NCBI GenBank assembly: GCA_965206745.1
Contig: OZ242220.1
Span: forward strand, 1,472,001-1,536,000
DNA length: 64,000 nt
Source of the DNA: Nitrosopumilus sp.
Lineage (GTDB): Archaea > Thermoproteota > Nitrososphaeria > Nitrososphaerales > Nitrosopumilaceae
Direction of reading: 5' to 3'
The position numbers and the translations under genes were made by a program. The notes under the pieces are model-generated. The model saw nothing but the letters and a program-made list of their open reading frames with translations, did not search any database and was not told the origin of the DNA. Numbering within the stretch: the stretch's first letter is position 1; each line of letters starts with the position of its first letter. This document shows, piece by piece, positions 49,601-61,600 of the stretch.

Positions 49601-52600
49601 CACGGGCTCTCGGTTGTCGTTGTTTACTCGCAACGAGCCGAATTGTTCCTCTGGTACTGCACCACTGCCGTCTGTATACATCCATGTTATCTCATATCGT
49701 ATAAAGCCAGGATCAGAGTCTGTGGTGTTAAATGGGAATGATCCGTCAAAGTCACCGGTGTTCTCATCAAAGTCGACGTCATCAGGCAGGTCCGGGCTGA
49801 TGTCTAACAATTCATAACGGATGGCACCGTCTGGCGGAACCTCTACGGGATCTCGGACCAGTTCTGAGAGACTGGGAATTGGACTGCCTTCCAATACTCC
49901 CCTCACGTAACGGAATATGGCAGGTTCCTCATTTACGTCTGGCGTGTCATCAACATTAGTTATGGTAAAGTCAAGCGGTACATCGTCTTTGTCACCTACA
50001 GGATCAGTGAGGGTGACGTTAAATGAGACTGTGTCTCCCTCGTCATACTGGTCACCCACAATCCACGTGAATGCCCCACTGGTGGAATTGATGTATGCAC
50101 CGTCATCATTTGGAGATATGCTCCATGTTGGGGGATCATCACCTGTATCAGTATCTTCATCCATACCCTCAAAGTCAAATGATACTGTTTGGAGTTCTGT
50201 AGGGTTTTCGTTGAAGCCGGTTCGAGTTGTAATTACAGGTGCCCGGTTGTCGTTGTTTACTGTCAGTATGGCAAACTGTTCATCTGATGTACCAGTGCCG
50301 TCTGTATACGTCCATGTAATGTTATAGGTTACAAAGCCCGGATCAGAGTTTACAGTGTCAAATGGGAACGTGGCTGAAAAGTCACCGGTTGCCCCAATGG
50401 CGACAGGCAGTGGAGGGTCACTTGATACAAATGTATAACTGATGGCACCGACTGTCCCATCCTCGGCAGGGTCGCTGACTGCGATGGAGAGTGACGGGAC
50501 ATCCTGTCCTTCAAGTACAGTCTGTGAGTATGAGACAATTCGGGGCGGATCGTCACCTGACGTGTTTGGAGTGTCAATTATGTTAAATATGACAGTCTCT
50601 GTGTCCAGCTCACCTGCAGCATCAGTCAAGTTAAATGTAAACAGGATTGTGCTGCCGCCGCGAGACTCATCTGGAATCCACAGGAATGCCCCATTCTCCA
50701 GATGAATCTCTGCATCAGTGGAGACGGTGGCATTGTCCGATACACTCCACCTTGGCAGAGGATCGTTTGTGTCCTCATCAAAGCCTCGCACGGTAAATGA
50801 TATTATTTCAAACTCAGAGTATGTCCTGGGGCCCGGAATCGGATCAACTGTTGGCAGTCTGTTGTTGTTCTCTACAGTTATGGTACTGTACTGCATCGGC
50901 GATGTTCCGGTGCCGTCCTCAAATGTCCACTCAATCTCGTAGGTTACAGAACCCTCCAGGGCAGATACCGTATCAAATGGGAACGTGGCTGAAAAGTCAC
51001 CGGTTGCCGTATCAAAGGATCCTCTGATGTCATCAGGCAGGTTGTGTGATGTGATATTATATGTGGATACAAGGTCTGCCTCTGCTTCCTCAGGGTTGGT
51101 GACTGCATCAGATAGTGAAGGGATTGGCGCATCCTCCTGTATCCTTTCTGTATAGGAGGCAAATGTCGGCACATTGTTTGGATCTACTGTAAACGTGTGG
51201 ATTGCAGTGGCAGGGATACCTTCCTCATCAGTTATGCTGAATGTGAATTCGACTCCAGTACCGCCATGCACATCACGTGGAGTCCACGAGAATACACCAC
51301 TCTGAGAAATTGTTGCATCTGTATTGGCATCAGAGTCATTAGAGGATACGCTCCATGTTGGCGGGTCGTCATTGGTGTCATCATCCCCGCCTAGCAGGGC
51401 AACTGGTACATTTTGACCGACAAAAATCAGTTCAGGTGTACCATCTGGAACCTGGATGGTTGGGAGCTGGTTGAGGTTCGTTACGTTTAGTGTACCAGGC
51501 TGATTCGGTGATGTTGTTCCAGAGCCGTCAGTGAAGGTCCACGCAAACGTAAAGAATTGGAATTCTTGCTCAAATGATACGGTATCAAATGGAATGACAG
51601 GACTAAACGCGCCAGTGTTTTCATTCAGAGTAACTGCAACCATACTCAGATTGCCAATTCCATCTACGATGGCATATCTGGGAGGGGTCTCTGAGGATTC
51701 ATCAAGGTTGTTGACGAAATCAGAGAGGGGAGGAACGGCATCACCTTCTGGCACTGTCTCGGCATACATATCAAATGGGGATGTCACAGCATTGACTGTC
51801 AGGGTGTAGGTACCTGAAGCAGTATCTACAGTGTTTGTTGCATCGTATTCTATTGTAAATTGCCGCGATAATTCTCCGTCAGGTACGACATTATCACTTA
51901 TAGTACCAGTTATGGTACATGCCTCATCATTAAATCTGAGATCGTCAGGCAGGTTCCTGGGGTCGGTGATGGTACAGGTTACGCCACCTGGACCCGTAGC
52001 TCCAAGTGGGATGTCTACTGTCTCACCTTCTGTGCGAGTTGAGGTACCGTTCGGTGCAGTAATTGTTGAAACGTCATCTACCAGTATGGTGCCAGGCTGG
52101 GATCCAGATGTAGATTCACCAACACTGTATGTCCATTCAAATGGGAATGGTCGTGGTGAGTTTCCGGCAGTTGTAGCATCATGGGGTACGGTTCCTGCAA
52201 ATGTTCCATCATCACGGTTTAGCGTTATGCCAGATGGCAGTGCTTCAGTAAGTACGATGTCATATGTTATGCCAGGTACCGACTCTACACCAACTATTAC
52301 ACTTGCAAGCGAGGTGGGTATTTGCTGTCCCTCATCGACATCAACAGTGTATGGGCCAGATGTGTCAGGCAGTTCACTTGCTGCTGCAGACACAATAATT
52401 GTGTGCGGTTCAGTGCTAGATCCACCACGACCATCACTTAGCGTAAATGTAAATTCGTTAGGACCTATATGCGCTTCTGCAGGAGTCCATGTGAATTCTA
52501 TGCTTGATCCGGTGGTTGCATTAAGTACTGCACCGGTGGCAGTTGAAGAATCATCTGATAGGGACCATGTCAAAGTATTGCCATCAGGATCCTCACCGGT

Positions 52601-55600
52601 CACTACAAATGTGACTGGGTCGCCTACAACAGCTGTGGTATCGGCATCCGGTGGGATGGTTATGATTGGGTCTCTGACAGGTATAGTAAATTCTATTATC
52701 CTAGTGGCTGGAGTAGTAATTATACCATCAGTCACTTGGACTGTCCTATCTGCAAATCCACCTTCATGGAAATGAGGAGGCGTATATGTAAAGAATCCGG
52801 TTCTCGCATCAATTTCTGCACCCTGATCATTGCCGCGTTCTAGACTCCATACCAGTTCCTCATCACCATCAAGATGCGTAGCGGTGAACTGTATTTCTAC
52901 GAGGTCACCTACATTGGGTGTAGGATCGAAAGTGTCTGGGGTATTTATTGTCGGTGCCAGGTTGACGTTGATTACCTCTATGGAACTAGTCTGAGTTATG
53001 TTAGCATTTGGACCGTTGCCGTCGTCATTGTATGTCCACCTGAACTCGAACCGTTCTGGTGAGAGTGCGTTAGTTGTCGCATTATGGGATACGGTTCCTT
53101 CAAATGTTCCATCATCAGGGTTTAGCCTTATTCCAAGTGGCAGTTCGCCAGATTCGTGGGTATATCTTATTATGGGGAATAGCGTATCGTCGGGATCATT
53201 AATTGCACCTGAGAGGGAACGTAGTACTGAGTCTCCCTCGCGGACTTGCTCACTGTACGGTGTGTCAGATAGGGACGGTGGTGCGTTTGTCTCTGCCACA
53301 TCAAATGCGATGGTATAGGTGGCTACCTTCTCTCCGGGATCAGTCAGGGTGATTATAAAGTGGACTGTGCTGCTGCCGTGGGATTCACCTGGTGTCCACG
53401 TGAATATGCCATCTTGATCAATCACTGCATTGTTGGTTGCATTTGCCTGTACAGTCCACTCCGGCTCATCATCACCTGTATCAGTGTCAGGATCCATGCC
53501 CTCAAAGTCAACTGATACCAATTCTCCCTCATCAGGTGTATCATCAACAGCACCTGAAGGACCGTCTATCACAGGTGCTCTGTTATAGTTGGTTACAGTG
53601 ATTGTGCCAGCCCGGACAGGTTCTGGTGTATTGACGCCGTCATCATATGTCCATTGGATGGTGTAGACTCTGGTAGGGTCTGCATAGGTTGCAGTGTCAA
53701 ATGGGAATGATGCATCAAATGCGCCAGTTGTCTCATCAAAGGAGCCGCTGACGACAGCAGGTAGTGGAGGGTCGCTTGATTCTAACGTGTATACGGGGGT
53801 GCCAGTTGTCGAATCCTCTACAGGGTCACTTACCGCACTTGAGAGTGGCGGAATTCTGCCGCCTTCAGATACTCCGGCATTATATTCAGATAGTACAGGT
53901 GGCTCATTGTCTGTGGTGGGTGCCGTCTCAGATACGGTAAATTCAATCTCTTCAGTGGCTCTTGCGCCTATAGGATCAGTGAGGGTGATGTTAAATGAGA
54001 CAGTGTCTCCATCGCCATACTGACCGCCTGGAATCCACAAAAAGTCACCGGTGGCAGGATTGATAATTGCGCCGTCATTGTTTGGAGATATGCCCCATAT
54101 TGGTGCAGCCTCGCCTGTAGTGTCATCAGTATCAGGATCCATACCCTCAAAGTCATATGATACTGCTTGGAATTGGGCAGGTGTATTGTTGATACCGTTC
54201 GGAGGTGTGATTACAGGCTCTCGGTTGTCGTTGTTTACTGTCAGTATGGCAAACATTTGAGGCGGTGATGGGTTGGTGTCATCTGTATACGTCCATGTAA
54301 TGTTATAGTTTACAAAGCCTGGATCAGAGTCTGCAGTGTCAAATGGGAACGTGTCTGAAAAGTCACCGGTTGCACTATCAATGGTGATACCAGGCAGTGG
54401 AGGGTCACTTGATACAAATGTATAACTGATGGTACCGTCTGGAGAATCTTCGGCAGGGTCGCTGACTACGATGGAGAGTGACGGTACATCCTGTCCTTCA
54501 AGGATTGACTGTGAGTATTGGACAATTCGGGGCGGATCACTTTCTGGCGTGTTTGGAGTGTCAGTTATGACAAATGGGACAGTCCTTGTGACCTGCTCAT
54601 CTGCAGCATCAGTTAAGGTGAATATAACATCTACTGTGCCGGCGTGGGACTCGCCTGGAATCCACAGGAATGTGCCGTTTTCTGGATGAATCGTTGCATC
54701 GACAGTAGCATCAGCAGAGGATACGCTCCACCTTGGCAGAGGATCGTTTGTGTCCTCATCAGAGCCGCTGGCAATAAATGATATTATTTCAAACTCAGAG
54801 TATGTCCTGGGGCCCGGAATCAGGTCAATTGTAGGTGCTCGGTTCTCGTTCTCTACAGTCAGGATGCCGTGCTGTACAGGAGAGGTTACAAAGTCGTATG
54901 TAAGGGTCCACTCAAACTCGTAGGTTGCAGGATCCTCCAGGGCAGATACCGTATCGTATGGAATGGTATCTGTAAATGCGCCGGTGTTAGTATTCAGGAG
55001 ATCTTTGAGGGATTCAGGCAGGGTGCCTTCTCCGATGTCGTAGACTAGTGTGGCGCCTGGTGGAATTGTATCGGGGTCAACTGCATCAGACAGTGAAGGA
55101 ATCACGCTATTCTCTGCTACTCTTTCTGTGTAGGAGGTAAATGTCGGTTCAGCACTTTGAGGCGGCTCGGTTCTCTCCTGCACGTCAACTGTGATGATTC
55201 GGTCATCCTTGTCCCCTGCAGGATCAGTGAGGGTGAGCTTGAATGAGGCCGTGGTACTGGCATGAGTGTCATCAGGGGTCCACGTGAATAGACCGCTTGT
55301 CCTGCCAATCTCTGCACCGTCATCATTTGGAGATATGCTCCATGTTGGGGCAGCCTCGCCTGTAGCAGAATCAGTATCGGGATCATCGCCTGTCATGGTA
55401 AATTGCAGGGTATCTCCAGGACTAGGTGAGACAAACGAGGGTGTTGCACCTATCACGGGCTCTCGGTTGTCGTTGTTTACTCGCAACGAGCCGAATTGTT
55501 CCTCTGGTACTGCACCACTGCCGTCTGTATACATCCATGTTATCTCATATCGTATAAAGCCAGGATCAGAGTCTGTGGTGTTAAATGGGAATGATCCGTC

Positions 55601-58600
55601 AAAGTCACCGGTGTTCTCATCAAAGTCGACGTCATCAGGCAGGGACGGGCTGATGTCTAACAATTCATAACGGATGTCACCGTCTGGCGGAATCTCTACG
55701 GGATCTCGGACCAGTTCTGAGAGACTGGGAATTGGACTGCCTTCCAATACTCCCCTCACGTAACGGAATATGGCAGGTTCCTCATTTACGTCTGGCGTGT
55801 CATCAACATTAGTTATGGTAAAGTCAAGCGGTACATCGTCTTTGTCACCTACAGGATCAGTGAGGGTGACGTTAAATGAGACTGTGTCTCCCTCGTCATA
55901 CTGGTCACCCACAATCCACGTGAATGCCCCACTGGTGGAATTGATGTATGCACCGTCATCATTTGGAGATATGCTCCATGTTGGGGGATCATCACCTGTA
56001 TCAGTATCTTCATCCATACCCTCAAAGTCAAATGATACTGTTTGGAGTTCTGTAGGGTTTTCGTTGAAGCCGGTTCGAGTTGTAATTACAGGTGCCCGGT
56101 TGTCGTTGTTTACTGTCAGTATGGCAAACTGTTCATCTGATGTACCAGTGCCGTCTGTATACGTCCATGTAATGTTATAGGTTACAAAGCCCGGATCAGA
56201 GTTTACAGTGTCAAATGGGAACGTGGCTGAAAAGTCACCGGTTGCCCCAATGGCGACAGGCAGTGGAGGGTCACTTGATACAAATGTATAACTGATGGTA
56301 CCGACTGTCCCATCCTCGGCAGGGTCGCTGACTGCGATGGAGAGTGACGGGACATCCTGTCCTTCAAGTACAGTCTGTGAGTATGAGACAATTCGGGGCG
56401 GATCGTCACCTGACGTGTTTGGAGTGTCAATTATGTTAAATATGACAGTCTCTGTGTCCAGCTCACCTGCAGCATCAGTCAAGTTAAATGTAAACAGGAT
56501 TGTGCTGCCGCCGCGAGACTCATCTGGAATCCACAGGAATGCCCCATTCTCCAGATGAATCTCTGCATCAGTGGAGACGGTGGCATTGTCCGATACACTC
56601 CACCTTGGCAGAGGATCGTTTGTGTCCTCATCAAAGCCTCGCACGGTAAATGATATTATTTCAAACTCAGAGTATGTCCTGGGGCCCGGAATCGGATCAA
56701 CTGTTGGCAGTCTGTTGTTGTTCTCTACAGTTATGGTACTGTACTGCATCGGCGATGTTCCGGTGCCGTCCTCAAATGTCCACTCAATCTCGTAGGTTAC
56801 AGAACCCTCCAGGGCAGATACCGTATCAAATGGGAACGTGGCTGAAAAGTCACCGGTTGCCGTATCAAAGGATCCTCTGATGTCATCAGGCAGGTTGTGT
56901 GATGTGATATTATATGTGGATACAAGGTCTGCCTCTGCTTCCTCAGGGTTGGTGACTGCATCAGATAGTGAAGGGATTGGCGCATCCTCCTGTATCCTTT
57001 CTGTATAGGAGGTAAATGTCGGTGATGGGCTTGCCCCTACATCAAATGCGATATCCTTCATGGCTTTTCCTGCACGGCCATCAGTCAGCGTTACGGTAAA
57101 TATGACACGGGTATTGGCTTGGTCTTGGGTTGGAGTAAATGTGAATAATCCGTCCTGATCAATATCTGCACCATCAGGAGCGCCATCTAGATTAAGAGGC
57201 GATATGCCCCATCCTAGGTCATCATCGTCAGGATCCTCACCAGTCAGGGTGAATTGTACGATATCTCCAGGATTAGGTGTAGAGTCAAAAGGCGGATCGT
57301 TAGTTATCATAGGGGGTCGGTTGGTATTGGTTACATTTAATATACCAATCTGGTTATCGGGGTTCCCAGTGCCGTCCTCGAATGTCCAGACAAACACAAA
57401 GAGTTGAAAATCAAGTGAATTGGCTACTGCACTATGGGAGACATTACCACTAAAGGTACCATTGTTTCTATTCAGAGAAGAGACTATGACATCTGGGAGT
57501 CCAGATATGATTGTATAGATGGATGTGTCGTCTTCTGGAATTTCATCAGGATTATCAACTACACCAGACAGTGGAGGAATTCTATCCTCATTGCTACCTT
57601 CTGTGGCCTGTCCTGTATATTGCCCAATTCTTGGTCGCGTGTTTACATCCTCCACCTCAAATGTAATGATCTCATTGTCTACCTTCTGTCCGGGATCAGT
57701 GAGGGTGAATGTGAATCTGACTGTGGTGTCGCCGTGAGTGTCATCTGGAGTCCACGTGAAGAGGCCATTTTGATCAATGACTGCATCAGTAGTTGCATTT
57801 GCCAGTACAGTCCATTCCGGCGGGTCATCACCTGAAACAGTAGCAGTACGAGTATCAGGATCAGAGCCAGTCAGCGTAAATGATGTCATTTGCTGCTCTG
57901 GAGGCGTTCTGTCGATACCAGAGGGGTCTTCTATCATTGGGCGCCGGTTCTCATTGGTTACCGTGATTGTGCCAGTCTCAGGGTCTTGTGGCGGTGTATT
58001 GACGCCGTCACTATACCTCCATTGGATGGTATAGACTCGGGTCGGCTCTGCATAGGTTGTAGTGTTAAATGGGAATGGTTCGCCAAATTCGCCGGTTGTA
58101 TCATCAAAGGAGTCCATGACGGCATCAGGCAGGGCAGGGACGCTTGATTCTAACGTGTATGCGATGGTGCCAGATGCCGAATCCTCTACAGGGTCACTTA
58201 CCGCACTTGAGAGTGGCGGAATCCTGTCGCCTTCTGATACTCCGGCATTATAATCAAATAGTATGGGTTCCTCGTCTGGTATTGTGAGTGCCGTCTCAGT
58301 TACGGTAAATTCAATCTCTTCAGTGTCTGCTGCACCTGCAGGATCAGTGAGGGTGACGTTAAATGAGACTGTGTCTCCGCCGTGCTCATCGCCTGGAATC
58401 CACAGGAATACACCAGATTCAGGATTGATAATTGCGCCGTCATCATTTGGAGATATGCTCCATGTTGGGGCAGCCTCGCCTGTAGCAGGATCAGTATCAG
58501 GATCTATACCCTCAAAGTCAAATGATATGGATTCAAATTCTGCAAGCGTATCATCAATGGTTGGAGGTGTAATTACAGGCTCTCGGTTGAAGTTGTTTAC

Positions 58601-61600
58601 TGTAATTGTGCCGGATTCTTCAGATGGTGATGCACCACTGCCGTCTGTATATGTCCATGTAATGTCATATTGTACAAAGCCAGGATCAGAGCCTGTGGTG
58701 TTGAATGGGAACGTGGCTGAAAAGTCACCGGTGTTCTCATCAAAGGATTCTGCAATGTCTTCAGGCAGGGTGGTGCCGCTTGGTACCAATGCATAACTGA
58801 TGGCACCAGCTGTCGAATCTTCGGCAGGGTCGATGACTGCGATGGAAAGCGATGGGATATCCTGTCCCTCAAGGATTGACTGTGAGTATGGGGCAAAGTC
58901 TGGAGCATCGTCTCCTGGCGTGTTTGGAGTGTCAGTTATGGTAAATGTGACAGGCTCTGTGGCATCTTCACCTGCAGCATCAGTCAAGGTGAATATGAAA
59001 TCCACTGTGCCGGCATGAGATTCACCTGGAATCCACAGGAATGTGCCGTTTTCTGGATGAATCGTTGCATCTGCATTGGCAGCAGTATTAGTAGAGGATA
59101 CGCTCCATCTTGGCAGAGGATCGTTTGTGTCCTCATCAGAGCCGCTCACATTAAATGATATTATTTCAAACTCAGAGTATGTCGTAGGGACCATAATCGG
59201 ATCAATTGTTGGCAGTCGGTTGTCGTTCTCTACAGTTATGGTACCATACTGTATCTCTGATCGTCCGGTACCGTCTGTAAATCTCCAAAAGAACTCGTAC
59301 GTTATGGAATCCTCCAGGGCAGATACTGCATCATGTGTGAACATGTTTGTAAATTCGCCGGTTGTCGGAACAAAGGAGCTGAGAATCTCCTCAGGCAGGT
59401 TGCTTGATGCGATGGCATAGTTCAGTACGTTCTCTGCTAAAATTCCATCAGGGTTTGTAAATACGCTAGACAGGGAAGGAATGGGGACATTCTCTGGTAT
59501 CGTTTCTGCGTACGTGGGCGCCTGCGTGTTTGTCTCTGCCACCTCAAATGTGATGATCTCATTGTCTACTTTCTGTCCGGGATCAGTGAGGGTGAATGTA
59601 AATCGGACTGTGCTGCCACCGTGAGATTCACTGGGAGTCCACGTGAAATCACCAGTCTCTTCATCAATCATTGCATCCGTAGTTGCATTTGCCAATACAG
59701 TCCATTCCGGCGGATCATCACCTGTAGCAGTATCAAGATCCATACCCTCAAAGTCAAATGATAATAGTTCGTGCTCTGAAGGTGTTCTGTCGATACCAGA
59801 GGGTTCTTCTATCATTGGGCGTCGGTTGTCGTTAGTTACTGTGATTATGCCAGTCTGAGTTTGTGGCGTGTATCCTGGACTGCCATCATTATATATCCAT
59901 TTGACGGTATAGTTTAGGGCAGGATTCGCATAGTTTGTAGTGTCAAATGGGAATGATTCATCAAATGCTCCGGTTCTCTGATTCAGAGAGTTTATGATGG
60001 ATGTAGGCAAGGTCGTACCATCTGATTCGATTGTGTATAGGGTGGCATTATCTGGCGGACTTTCGGCAGGATTGTTGACTGCAATTGAGAGGGGCGGAAT
60101 ACTTTTGTCTTCTAGTACTTTGACAAAATACTCAGACAGTTCAGGTGGCTCATTTATGTCAGGTGTAATTTCTGTCCTAGATACACGAAATTCAATCTCT
60201 TCAGTGGCTGGTCTACCTGCAGGATCAGTGAGGACGATGGTAAATGGGACTGTGGTGTCACCATGTCCATCACGTGGGGTCCACGTGAATGTTCCATTAA
60301 CAGGATTGATATATCCACCATCATCGTTGGCTACCACGCTCCACAATGGGGCAGGCTCAGCTATACCATCAGTATCTTCATCCTCACCTATCAGTGTAAA
60401 TGAAAATGTTTGGTATTCTGCAGCATTAAAGTCGATACCCTCTGGAATTGTAATTACAGGGTCGCGGTTGACGTTCTTTACTATCAGTTGGGCATCTAGT
60501 TCGTGTTCATCAAATTGTTCGTGATACGACCAAATAAAGTTTAGTGTTACAGGATCTCGGAAAGTAGTCACATAGGGATATGGGAAATAGTCAATTTGAT
60601 CTAGTGATTCGTCTGGATCAAATATGCCAGTTTTAGTGTTCACAGCATTTTTAATGTTTGAAGGAATTTCAGAAGGTATAACGTATTGGATATCCCGATC
60701 TACTGGATCTACTACAGGATCCCTAACTACGCTGGAAAAGTTTGGAAGGGGTTGCCTCTCAAATACTGTATGAAAGTATGGGATAAATTCAGCTAGCTCA
60801 TTTACATCTGTAGGGTCAGTATCATCTATGGTAAATGGGACAGTCTCTATGACTGATTCACCTGCAGCATCAGTCAAGTTGAATCTAACATCTATTGTGT
60901 GGCCGCCATGCTCATTACCTGGAATCCACCTGAATGTTCCATTCTCCAGATGAATCGATACATCTGCATCAGCGGCAGGGTCAGTAGAGGATACGCTCCA
61001 GGTTGGCTGAGGATCGTTTCCATCAGGATCAGAACCGGTCAGAGTAAATGATATTATTTCAAACTCAGAGTATGTCCTAAGGCCTGGAATCAGATCGATT
61101 GTCGGTGGTTGGTTGTTGTTCGCTACAGTCAGGGTACCAAACTGTCTCTCTGATGTTTCAGAGCCGACTGTGATTCTCCAAAAGAACTCGTAGGTTGTAG
61201 AATTCTCCAGGGCAGATACTGCATCAAATGGGAACTTGTTTGCAAAGTTACCAGTTGTCGTATCAAAGGAGCCCAGGATCTCCTCAGGCAGGTTGCCGTC
61301 TTCGATGTTATAGCTCAATGCGACATCTGGGGGAATTTCATCAAGGTTGCTAACTACATTGGAGAGTGAAGGAATTGTTGCATTCTCAAATACCGTTTCT
61401 GCGTAGGAAGTAAATGGTGGTAGGAGTGTAGATCCCACCTCAAATCTGAGAACCCTCTCGTCTGTTCCTCCACGGGCATCAGTTAGGACAATGTGAGCCG
61501 CGACGTTGGTATTGGCTTGGTCCCGAGTGGGGGCAAATCTGAAGTCTCCAGTGTCCCGATCAATTCTTGCACCCTGAGGAATGTCAGGTGATATGCTCCA

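Noticed and set aside
15577-57022. Repeated multi-kb blocks as insertion sequences or a diversity-generating retroelement
   Set aside because: No transposase, terminal inverted repeats or reverse transcriptase in the window. All copies are in-frame parts of one ORF and the differences are not adenine-specific.
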